Shown here in pieces: positions 47,147 to 55,128 of a stretch of DNA of 64,000 nt (position 1 is its first letter; each line of letters starts with the position of its first letter). The notes under the pieces were generated by a model that was not told the DNA's origin, ran no database searches, and saw only the letters and a program-made list of their open reading frames with translations. Made by a program: the position numbers and the translations under genes. The stretch comes from Patescibacteria group bacterium. GTDB lineage: Bacteria > Patescibacteriota > UBA1384 > XYA2-FULL-43-10 > 1-14-0-10-43-13. The DNA lies in contig JBAYHC010000001.1 of the NCBI GenBank assembly GCA_041666325.1, positions 137,708 through 201,707 on the forward strand. Direction: 5' to 3'.

Positions 47147-47241
47147 ATATTTTGACCTCAGACACAAAGAAATCGCCATGCATCAATTCATTAGAATAGA
47201 GCTGTGGCGACTCCTTTACTTTTAGTTTGTTGTTTAGCGAA

Positions 47242-47583
47242 CTAGGCTAGAACATCTTCTGGGACGTCATCAAGAGCATCATCGGAAACCTGAGAGCTGC
47301 TTCTGGCGACATGTTCACTACCCTCTGGCTCGACGATCTTCAGGTTAACGCGAGCGTTGTTTTTTGCACCAAGGACTCGAAGAAGGGTTCTAATGGCCTT
47401 AGCAGTCTTGCCATCTTTGCCGATAATTTTCCCCATATCAGATGGATCTACAGTCAATTTAATCAGAACACCCATTTCATCAATCGTTCTTTCAGTCGAA
47501 ACCTTATCAGGATTATCAACGATTGCCCTAACAACATCCTCGACAAACTGTTGATCTTGTTCCATCTTCTCGTCTTTGTCCAT
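47242..47583 (-). CDS. khpA: KH-domain RNA-binding protein
   Basis: DMGKIIGKDGKTAKAIRT; downstream of rpsP. Confidence 0.9.
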   Translation of the reverse strand: MDKDEKMEQDQQFVEDVVRAIVDNPDKVSTERTIDEMGVLIKLTVDPSDMGKIIGKDGKTAKAIRTLLRVLGAKNNARVNLKIVEPEGSEHVARSSSQVSDDALDDVPEDVLA

Positions 47584-47689
47584 AGCTTATCCTTTCTGTA
47601 ACACTGACAATGTAGATTTGCAGTGTACTTTACTTCTCTCTACCAATTCTAACGCCAACTCTTTCTTTTTTCAAGCAGATTACAAGTTC

Positions 47690-47998
47690 CTAAGCAGCTT
47701 CTTTTTGTGCTTTTTTGGATTGAGGTTTGCCGTAAACCTTCGCTACTTTCGCCTCTTTAGGAAAATAGCCTAGATCAACCATCAAGTTTTTGACAGTATC
47801 GGAAGGCTGAGCACCACGCCCCAACCAAAAAACAGCCCGTTCTTGATCGATTACAAGATCCTTGGGCTTTCTTGTTGGATTATAATGGCCTAAGATTTCG
47901 ATAAATTTACCCTTAACGGCCCTGGTTTTTTCCGCGACAACAACGCGATAAGCTGGACTGTTTTTCTTGCCAACTCTAGTGAGTCGAATTGCGAGCAT
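47690..47998 (-). CDS. rpsP: 30S ribosomal protein S16
   Basis: IRLTRVGKK...YRVVV; GAQPSDTV. Confidence 0.97.
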   Translation of the reverse strand: MLAIRLTRVGKKNSPAYRVVVAEKTRAVKGKFIEILGHYNPTRKPKDLVIDQERAVFWLGRGAQPSDTVKNLMVDLGYFPKEAKVAKVYGKPQSKKAQKEAA

Positions 47999-48057
47999 CT
48001 TTCTCCTTTGATTTTCAGCTGCACTGAATTACAAATTCTATACGTTAGTTTAGCAAT

Positions 48058-49383
48058 TTAATCTCTAAATGTCAACTCTGTACGATAGCCTCTTTTGAAA
48101 TCTTCATAGCTCATTTCTTTTTTGCCTTCGGGCTTGACTACATCAATGACCAGTCCAGCTGCTTCAGCCATGTGAGCAGACAGTATTTGCACTCTTTTGT
48201 CCTTAACTATGGTATAGACCTTGGGCCAATCATGGAACGCCCTGATCATCCTCTCAACATCTCGAGCCGAAGTATTGGCATTGACACAACCGTCATCCTT
48301 CTTGATCATCTTGGTATATGTAGCTTTCTTTTCGTTCTGCATGGTCGGCTTAAGCTCGCCGGCAATATAGTATGGCAACGAATCAAGGAGTAATGTCGCG
48401 CCTATATCGGAAAGATAGTCCTTAAGAATCGTTGACGTTTCACCACCCGATAGCTCGACTGCAACTTGGGAGATGATATCGCCCGCATCCAGTTCTTCGC
48501 TTGCCAGCATTAGTGATACCCCTGCCAATTTATCACCATTCAAAATTGTATACTGCACTGGGGCGGGCCCGCGATATCGGGGCAAAAGAGAGGGGTGAAT
48601 ATTAATAACTCCATATTTAGGCAAGCGCAGCAATTCAGGTGGAATTATCTGGCCAAAGTCAGCCATGATGATAATCTCCGGTTTCCATTTCCTGATTTCC
48701 TGGACAATGTTCCCTTCACGGATCTTCTCGGTGCGAATGATCGGCAAGTGTAAATTATGAGCAATCTCGAATATTGCGTTTGTTTCTCTTTCCTCGCCTC
48801 GAATATGAGCCTTGGCATCCCCGGTAACAACGCCGACAATATCGTATTGCTGATCAGTAATAAGCGACTGTAGGGCTGGGGCCCCAAGCGTTCCAGTGCC
48901 TATAAAAACAGTTCTAACTTCCTTAAGATGGTCAACGATCAATGTTGCGTTCAGGTGGTCTGTTTCGTGCTGTAGAACGCGAGCGTGAACACCTTCTACC
49001 TCAAGCGTGATATTCTTACCGTATCGATCCTGTCCTACAACTGTTGCTTTGTCAGGGCGTTTAACCAATATTTCCCTACCAGGAACAGACAGACACCCCT
49101 CAACCATCGCTCTCTGACGACTCGAGTTCTTAACAACTTTTGGATTGCAGACTACTGTGAGTGGAAAACCAGTCAATACAGAATCTTTCTCTGGGATAAA
49201 CTCGGCTACGAAAACGCTCTTCGAGACCCCGACTTGGGGTGCCGCCAAACCAACACCATCGTTGGCTCGCATAGTCTCAATCATATTGTCTATCAGCTGC
49301 TGAAGATCAAAATCAAAATCAGTCACAACCGCAGCTGGCTGGCGCAATATCGGATCGCCTTCTTTTTTGATCGGTAATATCAT
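48058..49383 (-). CDS. def-fmt: Fused peptide deformylase / methionyl-tRNA formyltransferase
   Basis: Def motifs GVGLAAPQVG, EGCLS, QHETDH; Fmt motif INIHPSLLPRYRGPAP; single reading frame. Confidence 0.92.
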   Translation of the reverse strand: MILPIKKEGDPILRQPAAVVTDFDFDLQQLIDNMIETMRANDGVGLAAPQVGVSKSVFVAEFIPEKDSVLTGFPLTVVCNPKVVKNSSRQRAMVEGCLSVPGREILVKRPDKATVVGQDRYGKNITLEVEGVHARVLQHETDHLNATLIVDHLKEVRTVFIGTGTLGAPALQSLITDQQYDIVGVVTGDAKAHIRGEERETNAIFEIAHNLHLPIIRTEKIREGNIVQEIRKWKPEIIIMADFGQIIPPELLRLPKYGVINIHPSLLPRYRGPAPVQYTILNGDKLAGVSLMLASEELDAGDIISQVAVELSGGETSTILKDYLSDIGATLLLDSLPYYIAGELKPTMQNEKKATYTKMIKKDDGCVNANTSARDVERMIRAFHDWPKVYTIVKDKRVQILSAHMAEAAGLVIDVVKPEGKKEMSYEDFKRGYRTELTFRD

Positions 49384-49436
49384 AAATTAGATTAATTGTA
49401 CTCGATTTTGCCTCAAAATTCAAAGGCCAATCAGAA

Positions 49437-49479
49437 CAAAAAAACACTACCCGCTGGCTCTCACAATATGGGTAGTGTT
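49437..49479 (-). terminator. Terminator closing the RT transcript
   Basis: AACACTACCC/GGGTAGTGTT 10-bp stem followed by a U tract, overlapping the RT stop. Confidence 0.75.
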
Positions 49480-50438
49480 CGGACATCTATCAAAACCGGA
49501 TGATCAACCGGATTTCGGGATAGCTTTCGCCCTGGTGATTCGGACTGAATCAGGAAGAAGCGCGCCCGGTACTGGTCGTAAAGGCTGATCAATTCTTTTT
49601 CGAGACGGCTTTGGGGTCTTCTTTTCCCCGTGAAGGCAAAGAAGGTACTCATTGAGCCGGAGATCACATTGTGTTTAGGGTGAGATTCCCCCAGCGCCTG
49701 CCGCAACATGCAACAGAGCTCTTTAACCTTCGAGCGCTTAAGAAAGGTCGTTCCATCAGGGTGAATACCAATACCATTAATGAATACGTCACCCTTCTTG
49801 AGATCTAACACCTGGCATTTGTGACAACTCAGTCGAAAACCCACTGAGCGAATGGCTGCTGCCAAAGTCGCTCTCTTTCTCCTACCAACAGGGAACCTGG
49901 AGGAGAAGAGCAAATCATCGGCGAATCGAGTGTAGTGAAGACGGTATTTCTGGCACAGCGTCCGGATAGCCGGGTCGAGATGAACCTTCAAATACAACTC
50001 AAACCAATAGTTTGAGGCAGGGGCCCCAACTACCAGTCCTCCATTTCTGTGCAGGCAATAACGCTGAAGAAAAGTCAAAACCTCTTCTTGCTTGCCCGTA
50101 TACTGCGGGTCAACATCACAAATAGTCTCTGCCAATTTTGTGCCGTCAATACTCTCAAAGGCGCTGGCGATGTCCATCGAGACATAGTAACGGTTCCCGA
50201 GACGAAGATGTGTTCGCAGCAGCGCTGGCGCCGATGACATCTTGACTGAACCGAAACGAACTGCCCAATACGGCCGCCGCCACAGTCTGCGAATGTACCT
50301 CTTGATCTCCGCATGAACTCGACGCATCGTATCATTCGGCTCACCGATCGTTCGCCATTTCTTTCGTCCACTGATCGGATTGACCGCCAGTTTACGAAAG
50401 AAGCGGAAGGTTGGTTCCTCCCGCTGTGTTTTCGGCAT
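49461..50438 (-). CDS. Retron-like reverse transcriptase
   Basis: K...GRKKWRTIGEP; MDIASAFESI; GLVVGAPAS; YTRFADDLLFS; INGI (VTG-like region Y). Confidence 0.9.
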   Translation of the reverse strand: MPKTQREEPTFRFFRKLAVNPISGRKKWRTIGEPNDTMRRVHAEIKRYIRRLWRRPYWAVRFGSVKMSSAPALLRTHLRLGNRYYVSMDIASAFESIDGTKLAETICDVDPQYTGKQEEVLTFLQRYCLHRNGGLVVGAPASNYWFELYLKVHLDPAIRTLCQKYRLHYTRFADDLLFSSRFPVGRRKRATLAAAIRSVGFRLSCHKCQVLDLKKGDVFINGIGIHPDGTTFLKRSKVKELCCMLRQALGESHPKHNVISGSMSTFFAFTGKRRPQSRLEKELISLYDQYRARFFLIQSESPGRKLSRNPVDHPVLIDVRTLPIL

Positions 50439-50444
50439 CGTGCC

Positions 50445-50703
50445 GCCCCTTTCTTTCAGCGAACCCGGAGGGGTGGTTTTTTGGAGCCTCCATAGGCTAC
50501 CTCGAACTCTCTAGCTGAGTTTGCGCTTCTCTGAGAAAAAGCACACAGGAAAAAGATTCCTGCGTCTCGGTAAGCTCGTGTCCGAGCCTCCCTCCCTCTG
50601 CCTACGCAAAGGGTTGTGCTTTGGCGCTGTAAGGAACTCCAAAACCTTCCCCTCCAGGTTGCAGCCTGGCCCACACATGAACCAGGCGCCAAGCCCGCTT
50701 ACA
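50445..50703 (-). ncRNA. Structured RNA upstream of the RT (msr/msd-like)
   Basis: Inverted repeats 50459-50486 and 50637-50662 enclose about 5 hairpins; promoter TTGAAT-16-TATAGT at 50709-50736. Confidence 0.7.
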
Positions 50704-50749
50704 GACGCACTATAGCACATGATGACGACTATTCAAGGGCAAAAATCTT

Positions 50750-51937
50750 TTAAGCAGAAGCAACTGCAGGATTTGGACCGGCCGCATATCCCTCAGGGTG
50801 TTTCGAGTGCCAATCCCAGGCCGTTTTGGCCATATTGCTGAGATCATGGCTGGCTTTCCAGCCCAGAACTGTTCCAGCCCGGGAGGGGTCACAATATGAG
50901 ACTGCGGGATCCCCTGAACGGCGAGAGACAACTTTGTAATTCACCTTTTTTCCACTCGCGCTCTCGGCTTCTCTAATAACGTCAAAAACAGAATAACCCT
51001 TCCCGTTCCCCAGATTGAAGACATTGCTTGCATTGTTTTGCGTTAAATACCTAAGAGCAGCGATGTGACCAGTAGCGAGATCAAGCGGATGAATATAATC
51101 ACGAATGCAAGTACCATCTTCAGTCGGGTAATCGTCACCGAAGACAGAGAGTTCCGCGGTTCTGCCAAGAATATTCCAAAAACACAAAGTCATCAGAGTC
51201 GTGGGCTTGGGTTTGTCTTCTCCTATCTCACCATTTTCGCCCGCACCGCAAACATTGAAATATCGCAGTGCGACAGATTTGACGCCATAGAGATTATCAT
51301 ACTTTTTCATCAATATTTCGTCCAAGAGCTTAGTCAAGCCATAGACAGATGCCGGAATACGAAGTTTTGTTATCTCTTCATCGGTCAGTGCCAGTTCTTC
51401 ACGGTCTATGACCAGTTCGCGATAATAATCAATAATTTTCTCAAAGAATCTCTCGCCTGACACATCTTTTCCATCCCACTTGCCGGGAAGAAGTGCTGAT
51501 TTTTCCGGCTTGAATGTGGCTTGATAATCCTCCCTAAGAGGAAAATCGCTCTCATGCAGCGGATCGCCATACGTAGAGGCAGTTGAAGACTTGATGACAT
51601 ATTTACAACCGTGCTTTACCATCACGTCAAGCAAACCAATGAAATTCTCTACATTGTTTTTCATGTAGCGAAGAGGATCCTCCATTGATTCGCCCACAGC
51701 CAGATAAGCAGCAAAATCAATAACAGCGACAGGCTTGTATTGCTGAAAAACTTTACTCACTCCGGAGGAGTCTGCAATATTAATGACTTCAAGAACTGCT
51801 CGCGTATCTATTGCTTCCCGGTGACCATTTTCAAGGCTATCGATAACGACAACCTTGTACCCCTCGTCCAATAATTGCCTTACAGTAAAGCCACCAATAT
51901 ATCCAGCACCACCAGTAACAAGAATTGTTTGAGACAT
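50750..51937 (-). CDS. galE: UDP-glucose 4-epimerase with an internal insertion
   Basis: GGAGYIG; YGLTK; LRYFNV; DGTCIRDYIH; RRSGDP. Confidence 0.93.
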   Translation of the reverse strand: MSQTILVTGGAGYIGGFTVRQLLDEGYKVVVIDSLENGHREAIDTRAVLEVINIADSSGVSKVFQQYKPVAVIDFAAYLAVGESMEDPLRYMKNNVENFIGLLDVMVKHGCKYVIKSSTASTYGDPLHESDFPLREDYQATFKPEKSALLPGKWDGKDVSGERFFEKIIDYYRELVIDREELALTDEEITKLRIPASVYGLTKLLDEILMKKYDNLYGVKSVALRYFNVCGAGENGEIGEDKPKPTTLMTLCFWNILGRTAELSVFGDDYPTEDGTCIRDYIHPLDLATGHIAALRYLTQNNASNVFNLGNGKGYSVFDVIREAESASGKKVNYKVVSRRSGDPAVSYCDPSRAGTVLGWKASHDLSNMAKTAWDWHSKHPEGYAAGPNPAVASA

Positions 51938-52014
51938 AGTACTCCTTAAAGTATTACTTACTTCCTAGAATACAAAAAGGGCTGGCAAATTGCCAGCACC
52001 AACGAATCTATCAA

Positions 52015-52290
52015 TTAACACAGATAGGCACGGTCAGGGCCAACCGGCAGGAAAACCCTTTTTTGACGATGGGATTCGACAAAAACATGGGTATAACCAC
52101 ACCCAGGACAACATGCATCCCAACCAAAAACTATGTCTGGGGATGTGGTCGAAGGATCAACATTTTGTCTTGATGTTGGATCGTTCGGCTCAATTTCGAA
52201 CACCCTCCCACACCTCGGACAGCTAACATTTTCTCCCCCAGGAGGGAATCGATCATACCGAGGCGGCACTCTACTCTCCAGCCGACTCAT
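52015..52290 (-). CDS. Small zinc-ribbon protein (CPRC...CPGC)
   Basis: Two CxxC pairs; overlaps the end of the upstream ORF. Confidence 0.55.
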   Translation of the reverse strand: MSRLESRVPPRYDRFPPGGENVSCPRCGRVFEIEPNDPTSRQNVDPSTTSPDIVFGWDACCPGCGYTHVFVESHRQKRVFLPVGPDRAYLC

Positions 52291-52609
52291 ATTTGTTGTA
52301 CCACTCGCCAGACAGGTACCGGACCAACCCATCTGGCTTCTCGGACTCTCTTCGAATCCAGTCCGCCAGCTCAATGTCTCCAGGCATGCTGCCAGCAGGA
52401 CAACCGCAGCTAGACGGGTTAAGAGCAGCCGAATGCGGGCCACCGCCACTAACGCTCATCATAGATGGCGCCACAACATTTGCCAGAAAAACAGTACCGC
52501 CAACATTTATCTCCCTCAGATACCTTTGTGCATAAACCTGAAAAGCAACGGGGGTCTGAGGAAGATCCTCTTTGGTAACAATGATCACGCTAGCACAACA
52601 TGACTTCAT
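52271..52609 (-). CDS. Hypothetical protein
   Basis: GAGGAG SD before ATG at 52609. Confidence 0.5.
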   Translation of the reverse strand: MKSCCASVIIVTKEDLPQTPVAFQVYAQRYLREINVGGTVFLANVVAPSMMSVSGGGPHSAALNPSSCGCPAGSMPGDIELADWIRRESEKPDGLVRYLSGEWYNKYESAGE

Positions 52610-52700
52610 GGTACATCTCCCTCTTGCCATGAATTGGCGCAATCAAGTTAACACAAAAAAACAAAATATACAATTTCCACAAACGTAAAATAGTACCAAA

Positions 52701-54668
52701 CTAAAGTAAATCTTCCGGATCCACATCCCAAAAAAGATAGGGATTGGACTGAAACACTTCCGTTAATAATTTGTTTGGTAACTCACTTACTTTGAATATA
52801 ATGTGATAGCGATGCTTGTTACGGATTCTGGACAAAAACGCCTTCGCCGGACCAATATACTTCAGCTTTCTCTTGTCGGCCTCATGGGCAACCGCTTCGA
52901 TTAAATTCTTTGCTCTCTCCAGGTTAGCGTCCTCTGCGACAACCCGAACTAGGTGGGAAAACGGCGGATCGCCGAATTCTCTCCTATTCTTGATCTCACT
53001 TTCATAAAAAATATGATAATCATGGTCCTTGGCTGCAAGAATTGACTTTGCCTCCGGCCAATATGTCTGAATAATTGTTTTTCCCTCGTTTTCACCCCGC
53101 CCGCTTCTGCCAGAAACCTGCGTTAAGATCTGAAATGTCTTCTCGTCCGCTTTGTAGTACGGCAGATGAAGCCCGACATCGGCCGAAACAATCCCGACAA
53201 GGTCAACCGACGGTATATCAAGACCCTTAGCAATGATTTGAGTTCCGATCAAAATATCGATTCTGCCGCACTTCAAGTCGGCATAGAAATCGTGATAAGC
53301 ACCCTTGGTCGAAAGACTCTGGGAATCAACCCTGCGTATTCTGGCACGTGGAAACAACTGGCGAATCTCGCTCTCAATCTTTTCAACTCCAGCGCCGAAG
53401 TATTTGATCTTATAGCCGAGGCAAACAGGACAATTTAGAGGGACCTTGCCCTCATAATCACAATGGTGACAACTAAGATAGTTTTTACTACCGCTAACAT
53501 GGTAAACAAGAGGAATCGCACAATTTGGACAAAGCAAGACCGTGCCGCACTCTCGGCACGAAACGAATGTAGCCATCCCCCGACGATTCAAGAAAAGAAA
53601 AACCTGTTTCTTTTTGGCAAGCGCATTGGAAACTTCTTCCTGAAGACGAAGAGAAATTGGTGAATAGTTTTGAGCTTTCATCTCCTGGCGCAGGTCAACA
53701 ATAGTCGCTGGTGGCAAAGTTGACCGTTGATAACGGTTCCTTAGTTCAAAAAGATCGAATTCACCCACTGTGGTCTTATAAAAAGACTCTATTGTTGGTG
53801 TCGCACTACCCATGACAAGTAGTGCATCAGAATATTTGGCAAGTTGCAGAGCCACTTTGACCGCATGGTATTTTGGATTCTTTTCCTGTTTGTATGCCCC
53901 CTCGCCCTCCTCATCCAAAATAATGAGACCGAGATTCTTGCTTGGCACGAATAAAGCCGAACGAGGACCAACAATAATCGGTTTTGCTCCCGAGTAGAAA
54001 TCAAAGTAGTTCTTGTAGCGCTCTGATTTTGACAGGCCGGAGTGGATAAGGGCAACATTATCGCCAAAGCACTCGCGAAAACGCTCCATGGTTTGGGGTG
54101 TTAGGACGATTTCAGGAACAAGGACTACGACCTGCTTGCCCATATTAATAACTTCTTTTGCTAATCGAAGATAAACCTCAGTCTTACCTGAAGAAGTTAC
54201 CCCCAAAATCAAGGCCGGCTTCTTGGGACCGCTATCAAGCTTTCTTTTTAGGTCAAGAAAAACTGATTCCTGCTCGAGAGATAGCTTCTTTGGTATCGAT
54301 ATCTCATGCTCATCTTCTCTGGCCACTCGACCCGGCCGCTTCATTTCAGTCGGCAGGAAAAGCGACAGCGCCTCGCCTTGCGAACAAAGATAATACTCTG
54401 ACATCCACTTAATCAACGGAATATAGTGCGCCGGCAAGTTGAATGATGGATCAATACCGGTAATTTCCCTTAATTCAAAGGCAGACGGTTGGCTTGTCTC
54501 ATCTGAAATCCCTATAACTGCTCCACGGATTTTGTTCTTGCCGAATGGCGCTGAAACTATCGAACCAATACTAATCTGATCTTCCATCTCTCCTGGAACG
54601 AGATACGAAAAAACTTCTTTTTCAACGTTTGTTTTTTTTTCGGGAATAATATCAATTTTCATTGCCAA
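52701..54668 (-). CDS. priA: Primosomal protein N'
   Basis: GVTSSGKTE; LVPEI; LNRRG; four CxxC pairs; QVSGRSGR. Confidence 0.96.
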   Translation of the reverse strand: MAMKIDIIPEKKTNVEKEVFSYLVPGEMEDQISIGSIVSAPFGKNKIRGAVIGISDETSQPSAFELREITGIDPSFNLPAHYIPLIKWMSEYYLCSQGEALSLFLPTEMKRPGRVAREDEHEISIPKKLSLEQESVFLDLKRKLDSGPKKPALILGVTSSGKTEVYLRLAKEVINMGKQVVVLVPEIVLTPQTMERFRECFGDNVALIHSGLSKSERYKNYFDFYSGAKPIIVGPRSALFVPSKNLGLIILDEEGEGAYKQEKNPKYHAVKVALQLAKYSDALLVMGSATPTIESFYKTTVGEFDLFELRNRYQRSTLPPATIVDLRQEMKAQNYSPISLRLQEEVSNALAKKKQVFLFLNRRGMATFVSCRECGTVLLCPNCAIPLVYHVSGSKNYLSCHHCDYEGKVPLNCPVCLGYKIKYFGAGVEKIESEIRQLFPRARIRRVDSQSLSTKGAYHDFYADLKCGRIDILIGTQIIAKGLDIPSVDLVGIVSADVGLHLPYYKADEKTFQILTQVSGRSGRGENEGKTIIQTYWPEAKSILAAKDHDYHIFYESEIKNRREFGDPPFSHLVRVVAEDANLERAKNLIEAVAHEADKRKLKYIGPAKAFLSRIRNKHRYHIIFKVSELPNKLLTEVFQSNPYLFWDVDPEDLL

Positions 54669-54747
54669 TCAATTCTATTACACACCTTGGATCAAAGCAA
54701 ATGCCAAAGACCCTTGATATTTGCTCCAGCCCTGATACACTTGCCGA

Positions 54748-54945
54748 TGAGAAAACACCACGAAGTCTGTGGGTTAATCTCGGGCCGAATCCCAGACCTG
54801 CTCTGTGCCCGAAGGAGGTGTTTGATGGCTGGAGTGAAAACGAAGAAAGTGGCAACGCCCGTGGTCGCCCCAACTACTTGACGCAATTCGTCGTTTTCAG
54901 CACAGAGCAGGTCACCCCGGCCCGATTCACTGAATCGGGCTTTTT
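54748..54945 (+). ncRNA. Structured small transcript carrying an 18-codon ORF
   Basis: Promoter TTGATA-16-TACACT (54714-54741); 14-bp perfect stem 54795-54808/54900-54913; terminator 54920-54945. Confidence 0.6.
54825..54881 (+). CDS. Putative 18-aa peptide MAGVKTKKVATPVVAPTT
   Basis: AAGGAGGTG SD at 54812-54820; ATG at 54825. Confidence 0.45.
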   Translation: MAGVKTKKVATPVVAPTT

Positions 54946-54981
54946 CGATTGACATTTTTTATTCTTATGGTATACTTAATA

Positions 54982-55100
54982 TGATCAAACATGTCTGCGT
55001 CGCAGACACTGATCGAACTCGGCCCTGGCGTTGCTTTACGTCGTGCTTCATCATCTCTCGGCACGTCGTCGTTCCCAGAGTAGCGCCAGTGGCCTTTTTT
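54982..55100 (+). ncRNA. Small two-hairpin RNA or der leader
   Basis: Promoter TTGACA-16-TATACT (54949-54976); tgtctgc/gcagaca hairpin; long stem 55021-55094 followed by T6. Confidence 0.55.
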
Positions 55101-55128
55101 ACTTGATTAAACATAAGACATATTCGAA

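Noticed and set aside
46430-47998. rimM and rplS missing from the rpsP-khpA-trmD cluster
   Set aside because: They may lie elsewhere or be lost in reduced genomes; this cannot be judged from one window.
49461-50736. DGR or group II intron
   Set aside because: No avd gene and no TR/VR pair differing at adenines found by eye; no intron domain V/VI or maturase/endonuclease domain; motifs are closer to retron RTs.
54748-55100. 6S RNA, SRP RNA or tmRNA
   Set aside because: The bulge is one-sided rather than a symmetric 6S bubble; there is no SRP domain IV motif and no tRNA-like ends or tag ending in AA.
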